Shown here one piece after another: positions 11,670 through 20,402 of a stretch of 64,000 bases of DNA. The stretch covers positions 8,710 to 72,709 of the forward strand of contig JANQNK010000002.1 in assembly GCA_028279595.1 (NCBI GenBank). The letters are read 5' to 3'. The position numbers and the translations under genes were made by a program. Under the pieces are notes generated by a model. The model saw only the letters and a program-made list of their open reading frames with translations, was not told where the DNA came from and ran no database searches. Position 1 is the stretch's first letter; each line of letters starts with the position of its first letter. The stretch is from Thermoplasmatota archaeon (GTDB lineage Archaea; Thermoplasmatota; JAKEGO01).

Positions 11670-12995
11670 CTAGTAGTTATTAACAATCCACTGTTTTAGA
11701 AGTTGTTGTTTTTGTCCAATTTTCCCTTTTGCAATCTCGATATTTATATCATTGGGTAAGGTAGATAATATTGGGTGAATTGCTTTTAAATAGGTACTTC
11801 CTACGTTGATAAATACATCGGAATAGTCTTTGTTCTGCAGTATCTTGTGAAACTGACCTCTTATTTGGTCTATAAAGGTTTCAACATTTTCAAGGGACAA
11901 TTTTTCATCATACGGTGAAATCACCTTCGTTGGTTCAATTAAACCATATTTCGATGAAATAATAAATATATCGAATCCATCTCTATTAGAAAATGACCAA
12001 AGATGTTTCCTTAAAATTTTAAACATGATCCCATCGTATATTTTAATTGCCTGAGCCTTTTTCAATGAGGGATGTTTTGTTTTTGAGCATGAAATAATAA
12101 TCATTTTATTATTGGGGTTCCAATACTGATTCCTTGAAAGGATATTAGCGTTAATATAATCTCTAATTTGATAATATCGCTTTTTTTGAGCTGGGACATT
12201 TCCACGCTTTGGGGACGATCCTTGATATTGAAAAATCCACCCTTTATAGTCACTTCCAAATACAGAGTATCGTCTGAATAAAATATGTCGTTTTGGAGAA
12301 TAGCAACCAAGCGCGAAGAGATTAATATTGGGATAGTTATCACGAATTTCTGAGAGTATTAATCTTAAATTATCCTCATTTCTCACGTTAACGTATCTTA
12401 CACTATTAACTCTTTTTACAAGCATTCCCCCTATTCCGATATATGAATATCCCAATTCAATTAATTCTGAGACACAGTCGATATATTCATTCACTGATTT
12501 TCCTTGGGCGACTCCAAGTAATTTAAATGAATATGAGTTGTCTTGATATTCTTCGATTGCTTTTGTTGCACTTATAAGGGTTTGAGTACGATCCTTTATA
12601 ATATCAATAATTACTCCAAAATCAATTTTCAGCTTTTCGTACTCTTGAAATAAATATGTATAATCTAAATTTGAATATCCTTCTTTCGTAAAAACTGCAG
12701 AGTCGCAAATTGTGAATATTTTCCTTTGAAATTCTAGTCCTGCCCGACATTGATTAATATCAATTTTATAAGGACATGGATTATCTTCAATGATGCTACA
12801 CCGTTGTGGATTGACACATGGGAAAACTTTGAATGCTTCTTTAAAATTCTTATGAGTATTTACATGTGTCATTAATCCAATATGTTTGTTCTCTGGTATC
12901 TTAATTCCACTGATTATTCTTAAGGATGCTTGTCTATCTGCAACTAAGTAAGGAGTGAATTTTTTTACATTGAGATTTGGATTAGTCATAGGCAA
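11670..12995 (-). CDS. tRNA-guanine-transglycosylase-like TIM barrel fused to a DUF6884/YaaA-like domain
   Basis: TGT-like motifs in order: DSAVF, IDII, GVAQG, IGIGG, ALG, GSD; C-terminal 'IISCSKTK...AIKIYDG..F...IISSKYGLI......PYD' motif. Confidence 0.7.
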   Translation of the reverse strand: MPMTNPNLNVKKFTPYLVADRQASLRIISGIKIPENKHIGLMTHVNTHKNFKEAFKVFPCVNPQRCSIIEDNPCPYKIDINQCRAGLEFQRKIFTICDSAVFTKEGYSNLDYTYLFQEYEKLKIDFGVIIDIIKDRTQTLISATKAIEEYQDNSYSFKLLGVAQGKSVNEYIDCVSELIELGYSYIGIGGMLVKRVNSVRYVNVRNEDNLRLILSEIRDNYPNINLFALGCYSPKRHILFRRYSVFGSDYKGWIFQYQGSSPKRGNVPAQKKRYYQIRDYINANILSRNQYWNPNNKMIIISCSKTKHPSLKKAQAIKIYDGIMFKILRKHLWSFSNRDGFDIFIISSKYGLIEPTKVISPYDEKLSLENVETFIDQIRGQFHKILQNKDYSDVFINVGSTYLKAIHPILSTLPNDINIEIAKGKIGQKQQLLKQWIVNNY

Positions 12996-13990
12996 TCATC
13001 TGAAGGAAAATCAAATATAAATGTTTGTCCACAACCTTGAGAATTGTCACGATAACGAGAGGGTAAACAGTAACCTATTTGAATATTATCGTTCTTTCTG
13101 ACTAGTCTATATATCGATAAGATATCTGGTTTTGGTCCAATTGGACTAAACACTAAATTGTAATTATCAATGGAAATATTTTCCTCGTCAGCAAATACAT
13201 CGAGAATACTCTTAAATTCGTTATGAAATTGCCATGGGTGAAAGCCACTTATTTCTTTTGATGTAACAAATTGATTCGCTAATAAGTCTTTATTATTTCG
13301 GTAGACAATGTCTTTTTGATCACTCCAATTTGGAATGCTCGTTACGGGAATTAATGCTAAGGTTCGATATGGTTTATAATTTCGAAAAATTGACATCGCT
13401 CGATTTCCTTGGAAACCAAGGTATATTAACAAGATAGAATCGCGGTGCCTGACCTTTCCATGAAATGTAGGTACAGAAAATATCTTATGGGTTCCCATGA
13501 CAAAATCATTTTCAGCAGAGCTATATTCTCCAACCATTGAATATGTAAAAATGGTTTTATCTAGATCTATAATATCCAATGTTATTAATGCACAATATTT
13601 AGGAATACAAGATAAATCAACGATTAAAGGATATGAGAATGAGCATTCATGAATAACTTGACGAAATTTATGATACTGATACAAGTTTAATGAAATTATT
13701 GAAAATTCGATTCCAAATGAATTCAATAATTGTTGTATTAACCTCTTATTTTGTTGGTATTTTCTAATTGTCTCCTTGTCTTTCACATCAAGTGAAGAGA
13801 TATTTAGTAATGATTGCTGATAATTTGTAAAGTCAATTAACCAACATTCCCTGATTTGATATTGAGTAATAATTGTTCTTATCGAGTGATACGACCGGTC
13901 CGCAAAACTAATAGCACAAATTAAATCAACCATATCATTTTTATATTTATTACTTTCTTGAATTAACTGTCTTGATGGAGTTATTCTCAT
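12986..13990 (-). CDS. Uncharacterised alpha/beta protein, apparently two tandem Rossmann/CARF-like repeats
   Basis: Repeat 1 'CAISFADRS...VDLSCIPK'; repeat 2 'IYLGFQGNRA...FSPIGPK'; overlaps both neighbouring genes. Confidence 0.65.
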   Translation of the reverse strand: MRITPSRQLIQESNKYKNDMVDLICAISFADRSYHSIRTIITQYQIRECWLIDFTNYQQSLLNISSLDVKDKETIRKYQQNKRLIQQLLNSFGIEFSIISLNLYQYHKFRQVIHECSFSYPLIVDLSCIPKYCALITLDIIDLDKTIFTYSMVGEYSSAENDFVMGTHKIFSVPTFHGKVRHRDSILLIYLGFQGNRAMSIFRNYKPYRTLALIPVTSIPNWSDQKDIVYRNNKDLLANQFVTSKEISGFHPWQFHNEFKSILDVFADEENISIDNYNLVFSPIGPKPDILSIYRLVRKNDNIQIGYCLPSRYRDNSQGCGQTFIFDFPSDDCL

Positions 13991-16488
13991 TCATCTCCCC
14001 AATCAAATTCAAAGTCATCTTTCTCAATAACAAGAAATTCTAACCAGTTTTCAAGAAGTGATTTTACAAATGAATCAGTATCATGAAGTATTGTATTGAA
14101 ATGATCGGCGTTTATCTCTCTAGGATGTCGATTTTGAATGGCTAATGAGAAGTATGGGGTTAATAATCTATGGAATTTATAATTCCGATAAGGTGTTTTT
14201 TCTCTTGCATGAAGATTTCGTGGAAATAATGGTTCTTGCAACAGCTGTACTTCGAGAGCTTGTCTTAAATAATCCTCAAGTTCATCTTCGATAGGTGAAC
14301 TCATAGTATTGATGCAAATTTGTGAGGTTCGTCTGATTAAGTCTTTTTCTTTAACATAGTTGAAATCATCATTTGCCATTCGTTTTTTATATCGGTTAAC
14401 GCCAGCTGTTTGGATCCCTTTGAATAACTCACCTAATGCATCAATTAATCTTCTAACGTGTTCCGGATTTTCGATATCTTCATTTGATTGCATATAATGA
14501 AGAACGGACTTGATTTTCACAACATGATTTTGGGCATTACAAGGAATCGGATTGAGTTCCACTTTTTTTTGACTGATATCTGGAAAAGCATAGTACAGCG
14601 TGTCTTTGACAAGCGAAACAAAATCTCGAACGATCCCAGAGGATAAATATGCATAATTTCGAAATCCAGAATAATCCATTCCAATACTTAAGGGTTCTTC
14701 AATTGATTCATAATTTTTACTTGGAAGTAACACCTCAATGTTATTAATGTTGAATTCCTCTTCATCTAAACGTCTATTGGCTACATTTTTTAAAAACGAT
14801 ATGTATTTTTCTCTATCTTTAATCGTGAATCTATCTAAACTTACCGGATAATAATCGTGATATTTCCGGAGAATTTTATTATTTGTATCATGATAACACA
14901 TTGACCCACTTTTAACTCCAATTTTATAATTGAGGTGGAAGTTATATTGTAACGGGGCATTTCGGCTTCTTAGTGTTGTATTAATTACTCTCTGTTGATC
15001 AGTTGATAAATTATCAAACTCATCGAGAAGAATATACACGTTTTGAAATTGTAATATGTTATGAAGTTTCTTTAACGAGTGAAGAAGTACAAGTGGACCA
15101 GTTAACGTTAAATGATCATATTGGCCGGTAGTACACAAATCCATCTCTGAATATAAAAGGTCACAGAGACTATCTAATGAATTAACATTCTCTAAATGAA
15201 AAATCTTACCGATTGAGTGTGCTATTTCGTTTGAATTGTCGAATGACAACTCGTCTTCCATAAGTTCACAAATATGAGTCATTAAAAATAAATTAAAATA
15301 ATGTTGGAAAAACCTTGCCCATTTAATATCGTCCTCGAACTCTTTTTCAGTGGCATAGAAAGCTTCTGGTAAACATTTTATGTAAAATGCCAGATTCTCA
15401 TCACTCTGATTAAGTATTATTGATAAATAACGAAGAAGCCATGACTTGCCTGAACCCCTATGCCCTTCGATAATCGTATTGCTTCCTGGTTCTACCATTC
15501 GAATATAGTCCGTAGGCGGAATAAAATATTTCTTGATAATATCCTCTTCACCTTTTCGAACAATTTCAGAACTAATGTATTTGAAAGGATTTTTATCTTT
15601 CGTGAAACTAGATTCTTTTCTTTCTATAGAGGAATTCGACATTGAAAAACGTTGATACATAATTTGTAAATTCTGAATGAAGTGGTTTGCATCTGAATGA
15701 ACGAATTTAAATCCATACTGTTGAACTAAATCATCCGCCTCTAGCTCTGAATCATCAGAAATTAGATAATTCGTCTTTCCATTGTGTTCACTATGAATCT
15801 CCTTATAAACTATTCGAAAGTTAATGTCTTGAGCACTATAACCGATTAAAACAAGTATTTTCTCTCTAAAAAGTACCCTCAATTTGTCCTTAAATGCTTT
15901 ATTATTTGATTGATTCATCCATTGCTCAAAATCATCTTTCGTTATGACAATTGAAGATGGTTCGATTGTATCACCATGAATTTTATAGATATTAATAGAT
16001 GGATTAGGAGGTTGATGCATTTGGTCTTCCTTGTAATATAATTGGTACTCTGAAGAATCGGTATATGATTTTTCTAGCAAATGATCATAATTTGTTGTTA
16101 TAAAGTCACACGGAGGCAACTCAGTAATCATTTTATGTAATATACTAGTATTTTCTTCTTCCACACTTTCAATTATGTGGGCAATTTTAATCTTTAATTC
16201 CTCATCAGTATAATTGTTTTTGTATAGTTCAATTATCTCTTGAGGATCCCCGCCATTTTCCAGAATTTGTCGAGGTTCTGCAAGGATAGGTTTTTTTTCC
16301 AATTCTTCGGCGAGTATATTCGCTAACTCTCTCAAATCGGGTAATCCAGCACTGGTACTTACTCCAGCACCCAGAATGATGACATAATTTTTATTAGTCA
16401 TAGCCTGAAGTAATGGAGAAATGTCCATATTCGAATTAATGGCTTTTTCGACTCGTTCTTTCACCACGGCACCACTATCTTTGGTCAT
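13987..16488 (-). CDS. SIR2-like NADase domain fused to a P-loop ATPase (ORC/Cdc6-STAND-like)
   Basis: SIR2 motifs GAGVS, TTNYD, KIHG, IGYS..D; Walker A GHRGSGKS; Walker B ILLDEFD; SSGIVR motif; GGTGA RBS. Confidence 0.85.
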   Translation of the reverse strand: MTKDSGAVVKERVEKAINSNMDISPLLQAMTNKNYVIILGAGVSTSAGLPDLRELANILAEELEKKPILAEPRQILENGGDPQEIIELYKNNYTDEELKIKIAHIIESVEEENTSILHKMITELPPCDFITTNYDHLLEKSYTDSSEYQLYYKEDQMHQPPNPSINIYKIHGDTIEPSSIVITKDDFEQWMNQSNNKAFKDKLRVLFREKILVLIGYSAQDINFRIVYKEIHSEHNGKTNYLISDDSELEADDLVQQYGFKFVHSDANHFIQNLQIMYQRFSMSNSSIERKESSFTKDKNPFKYISSEIVRKGEEDIIKKYFIPPTDYIRMVEPGSNTIIEGHRGSGKSWLLRYLSIILNQSDENLAFYIKCLPEAFYATEKEFEDDIKWARFFQHYFNLFLMTHICELMEDELSFDNSNEIAHSIGKIFHLENVNSLDSLCDLLYSEMDLCTTGQYDHLTLTGPLVLLHSLKKLHNILQFQNVYILLDEFDNLSTDQQRVINTTLRSRNAPLQYNFHLNYKIGVKSGSMCYHDTNNKILRKYHDYYPVSLDRFTIKDREKYISFLKNVANRRLDEEEFNINNIEVLLPSKNYESIEEPLSIGMDYSGFRNYAYLSSGIVRDFVSLVKDTLYYAFPDISQKKVELNPIPCNAQNHVVKIKSVLHYMQSNEDIENPEHVRRLIDALGELFKGIQTAGVNRYKKRMANDDFNYVKEKDLIRRTSQICINTMSSPIEDELEDYLRQALEVQLLQEPLFPRNLHAREKTPYRNYKFHRLLTPYFSLAIQNRHPREINADHFNTILHDTDSFVKSLLENWLEFLVIEKDDFEFDWGDE

Positions 16489-16507
16489 GAATTCACCAGG
16501 ACTAAGT

Positions 16508-17503
16508 TTATTTTTCGTAAATTGCCAAAACGTTCATATCAGGTTCAGATTTCATTGTGCCAATTATCCGGATTCCATGTTTATATCCACGTTTAATAAA
16601 ATTGTAGGCAAATACTCCAGTATCGTAATCACCATTCGGACAAACGTGTAAATGTAATGTGTCTCCCGAATTCGTTAAAGGTACACGATAATCAATCCAT
16701 GAAATTCGGCCATTTTCTGATGCAGAATTTTCTACCACTCGAATAGCGTCATCCTCGTTGAAATGATCGTTAAACCATTGCCAATATTCTTTCCTCTTCT
16801 TTCGTACTGAGGCAGTCATATTTCCGGACTCATAGGTTGGAGGTTTACACCGGTGATCAGACGAAAGCAATTTATCATAAAGGAGCTCAATTTTCCCATT
16901 TTCAAACTCACAAGCGGTAGGTATTAATTTTGTCTCAGGAACATCATTTGTTTTCGATTCCGATTGACTTGGTAAATTTAAAAACACCAATGACCTTGGA
17001 ACTGAAATTATACTATTTGGATCTCTCCATTGTTTCTCATCTGTGCCGTTTTCGACGATGAATAATCTTTCAGGATAGCTTGATAAATAATGTAATGATA
17101 AATTTATCAACTGACGATATGGGTTATTTACTGGTTGAAGTCGCACATTATATCCAGATTTTGCGGTTGTTCCTTCACCTACTTCTTTACCTTTCTCAGC
17201 TGAGATGCTTGGTTTAATGAATGTGAATATTCCGCTCAACAGGCTCCCGATTTCAGTTGTCGTTACAGAGCTGGAAAGATTTAATTTTTTTCGTATTTGT
17301 TTAACATTGGATTCGGATAACTGAAACTCATAAAACTCCTGATCAAAATCAGGTCTTACGATGGCATCGTAGAAATTACTGATTTGAGGCTTATCAATAA
17401 AACATGGTGCGTCAGCCATCCAACCCAGAGAGAGTATCTTATTATTGATGAGATCCTTCTTCATTTCATCAATCCCCCTATGTAACCCATATATATGTAT
17501 CAA
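16508..17503 (-). CDS. Uncharacterised protein, first gene of the SIR2-ATPase operon (true start may be a downstream Met)
   Basis: 331-aa ORF ending 19 nt before the next start, same strand, same AT-rich composition. Confidence 0.7.
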   Translation of the reverse strand: MIHIYGLHRGIDEMKKDLINNKILSLGWMADAPCFIDKPQISNFYDAIVRPDFDQEFYEFQLSESNVKQIRKKLNLSSSVTTTEIGSLLSGIFTFIKPSISAEKGKEVGEGTTAKSGYNVRLQPVNNPYRQLINLSLHYLSSYPERLFIVENGTDEKQWRDPNSIISVPRSLVFLNLPSQSESKTNDVPETKLIPTACEFENGKIELLYDKLLSSDHRCKPPTYESGNMTASVRKKRKEYWQWFNDHFNEDDAIRVVENSASENGRISWIDYRVPLTNSGDTLHLHVCPNGDYDTGVFAYNFIKRGYKHGIRIIGTMKSEPDMNVLAIYEK

Positions 17504-17654
17504 TTATAAATATTCCTTAGTGCTACGAGTATATATACAATCAATATCCGAATAATATTCATCGCTATTATTCTTGGAGAGATATCTTTTTATTTTTTCT
17601 TAGTCTGCTTTGCGTAATCATTCGAGATATACAAATTTACTAGATACCCCCCCC

Positions 17655-17674
17655 CATATTTACTAGTAAATATG
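17655..17674. promoter_or_regulatory. Perfect 20-bp palindrome, candidate operator between divergent genes
   Basis: CATATTTACTAGTAAATATG; the core TTTACTAGTAAA recurs at 21934-21945. Confidence 0.55.
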
Positions 17675-17860
17675 TGACAGAATCTCTTCTTGAACTAACG
17701 TTTCTTGGAAGTAACAGTTGATGGAATATAGTAAAAACGCTGATCTTGAACGTCCGTCCGTATGTGACAATTCGAAAATGTTAGTAAATACATGTAATTT
17801 CTTTGTATAGTGATTATTATTATATATTATCCACAATCATTCTGTATTTGGGAACAGGTG

Positions 17861-18484
17861 ATGACTTTGGGTAGTACTAAGAATATGTTCGGAGAAGTGA
17901 CATCCTCGGTTGATGAGTTGATGAAAAAAGCGAAAGAGAGCTCGAAACATGCCTTCAAGGTAGGAGATTACAGAGCAACAACAACTCTATCAGAAAATAT
18001 CCAAAGAATGAAGCAGCTCAAGAAAAACATGGCTGAGATCCACAAGGAATTCAATAATATCGAACACTCTGTCACATCAATACAAATAATTGAAAAACCT
18101 AGGACACGTGGTTCAAACCTTCGCGGTAAAGTGACTACCGGAAAGGATTTTATTACCCCAATTCTCAAGTCCATCAATGAACTGGGCGGTTCTGTAAAGA
18201 CAAGTGACGTTCTTAAGAAGGTAAAACAGAAGATGAGTTTTAAACTCAATGAATTTGACAAGCAACCTCTACCATCGAATCCCTCAATGCCACGATGGAA
18301 ACAAACAGCACAATCAATCCGAGTTCAAATGGTAAATGATGGCCTTCTGAAGAAGGATTCTCCAAGAGGTGTCTGGGAGATCTCAGCGCAAGGACGTAAA
18401 GCGATCGAATCCGATCAGAAGAAATCGGTAAAACCGAAATCCAAATCTCAGCTTAAAGGTAACACAAAGGCGAATTCAAAGTAA
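17861..18484 (+). CDS. Second coiled-coil + Mrr-N-like winged-helix protein with basic tail (paralogue of 5618-6340)
   Basis: Shares 'AFK.G.Y', 'PIL....ELGG', 'LN.FDKQP.PS.PS..RW..TAQ..R..M...GL.KK.SPRG.WEIS'. Confidence 0.75.
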   Translation: MTLGSTKNMFGEVTSSVDELMKKAKESSKHAFKVGDYRATTTLSENIQRMKQLKKNMAEIHKEFNNIEHSVTSIQIIEKPRTRGSNLRGKVTTGKDFITPILKSINELGGSVKTSDVLKKVKQKMSFKLNEFDKQPLPSNPSMPRWKQTAQSIRVQMVNDGLLKKDSPRGVWEISAQGRKAIESDQKKSVKPKSKSQLKGNTKANSK

Positions 18485-18853
18485 TACTCGAGGTTATTAC
18501 CTCCTTGTTGAAGGTTTGTAATGAAGCTTTTTCAATCATGATTTAATGGATATCGAGTGTTGTACTAAGATGCCCCTATTGTCAGAAATCAAATATTTAT
18601 AACACTTTCGATCATTAATAAATCATCACTAAATAATACGTTTTCACATTCATCGTGTCTTCATATACTCTGGTCTCTTTTCGACCATTTATATCCATTG
18701 GAATAATAACTTGGCATTCCAGTAAATAATCTCCAATCTTTAGGATCGTTGTTTGAAGAATCGTTTTCATATAATAGATGAGTTGGGGGAAGTTTTCTCC
18801 CCCCATTTGATTTCTTAGAGGAGTTATTATCCTCTATCACGTGTAATCCCGTT

Positions 18854-19141
18854 CTATTCTTCAGTCTCCTCCTTATCATCAACATCGGACTCATCATATT
18901 CATCATCGTCGATGTATTCCTCTCCCGGGTCTTCATCAAGATCCTCGGCACAATCAACTTCGTCGCTGGTTTCTGTCTCCTCATCATCCTCAGAGGCATC
19001 ATCTTCCTCAGTGGATTCTGGGACATATACCTCGACTTTCGAGCGAATGACGACAAGTCGATCGGGATCATCATCTATGACCACGACAGATTCGTCGCCA
19101 TCTTCTAAGGGCGTTTCAGCCCCATCGCTTACATTATGCAA
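18854..19141 (-). CDS. Small, highly acidic protein
   Basis: About 45 of 95 residues are D/E; TTG start with GAGGT RBS ~9 nt upstream. Confidence 0.55.
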   Translation of the reverse strand: MHNVSDGAETPLEDGDESVVVIDDDPDRLVVIRSKVEVYVPESTEEDDASEDDEETETSDEVDCAEDLDEDPGEEYIDDDEYDESDVDDKEETEE

Positions 19142-19195
19142 TATAGCACAACCTCAAGGGACGCCATGATCCCTGATTTTTTTCTGAATCGAGAT

Positions 19196-19519
19196 TTAGT
19201 TGGAATACCCCATCAAGTGTGGAGACACGCTTCGTAACAGATTTCGAATTGGGCGGATCCGTTGTATAAAGATCTCGTTATTATCTCCTAGTGTCACTCC
19301 TACGCGATCACCGATTCTTAATCCGAATAGGGTGAACTGATCGGCCGTTGCTTCGATTGTGAGACATTGTTCAGATTTGACGACAATACTGTTATGACCT
19401 ACACTAACAACTTGACCCACGAATTGCGTCCATCTGAGGAGATGGAAACCGGATGTTCTGTGCTTACCGATGATGCGACCCCCGAGCGGAGGTTTCTGTT
19501 CCCGTCCCATTCGGACCAT
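19196..19519 (-). CDS. Small hypothetical beta-rich protein
   Basis: 107-aa ORF with ATG start and TATA-like sequence upstream, co-oriented with the acidic protein gene. Confidence 0.45.
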   Translation of the reverse strand: MVRMGREQKPPLGGRIIGKHRTSGFHLLRWTQFVGQVVSVGHNSIVVKSEQCLTIEATADQFTLFGLRIGDRVGVTLGDNNEIFIQRIRPIRNLLRSVSPHLMGYSN

Positions 19520-20242
19520 TCTTGTAATTATATTTTAATTAATATATAAACTTTGTTAATTAAATTCGGATGATGCATGAGAATTTTACTTCCAAATCTA
19601 TCGAAAACGTGCGTAATTCCGGGATTTAGGGGGTATTTTCCAAGAAAAGGGCGTAATAATGTATATCATTGTTTACATATCTAGTTATTTAGTTTGTAAA
19701 CAATGCATACATGTTTACAAAAGTATTATATACTACATGTCCTCGACTGTATATTATTGGAAAAGACGCTATAATACCTCACTGATACTTCGAAATTATC
19801 GTATCCGACAGCTTGAGATGTAGATATTCAAATTTCCATATAGAATAATGCTATAATGCTTCGGTTACTTTAATACGTTATAACCCTTCCACAATCGTTC
19901 ATATAGTACTTTTATATGGGAGAATAATCTATGGAAGAAATCGTTATCCAGAGATCAATATTCAATTCTTCCAATCCATAAGCTATATTGAAGATCTACG
20001 ATACTACATCATGACTCTTATTTGAAACGATCTCAAGATTTTACTGTATTACTGAGAATTAGTTGTGTGATATGCAATTTCTGCTACTATGTCTATATTA
20101 TTCGTTCAGAACACGTACCAGAGGTACCCCTCCCCCTCCCCGTGTTAGAATTACCCTCAACTATGCGTAAAGAGGCATGTCATGGGGTACCCATAGAGGT
20201 ACCGATTTAAGATTGGAATTGAACTTGGGACCATGCCCTTCG

Positions 20243-20314
20243 AGGCACCCTCCTAGGCATCTCCCTAGGCACCTCCCTAAGCACCCTCCTAGGCACCCCC
20301 CTAGGCACCCCCCA
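20243..20314 (+). repeat. Six tandem imperfect 12-bp repeats, consensus AGGCACCYYCCT
   Basis: AGGCACCCTCCT, AGGCATCTCCCT, AGGCACCTCCCT, AAGCACCCTCCT, AGGCACCCCCCT, AGGCACCCCCCA. Confidence 0.9.
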
Positions 20315-20402
20315 CACCCACCTTGAACATGTTAGTTGTCACCTGAATGTGCTGAACCGAGGTCCATGAAGGAAGCGCATTAATCGCTTTCTCGGAAGGC
20401 AT

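Noticed and set aside
11670-12995. Housekeeping archaeosine TGT or a complete Dpd system
   Set aside because: No zinc-site or PUA domains, foreign composition, and no dpdB/dpdC-like neighbours recognised
20243-20314. Possible CRISPR array
   Set aside because: 12-bp units are directly adjacent with no spacers, and there are no cas genes in the window
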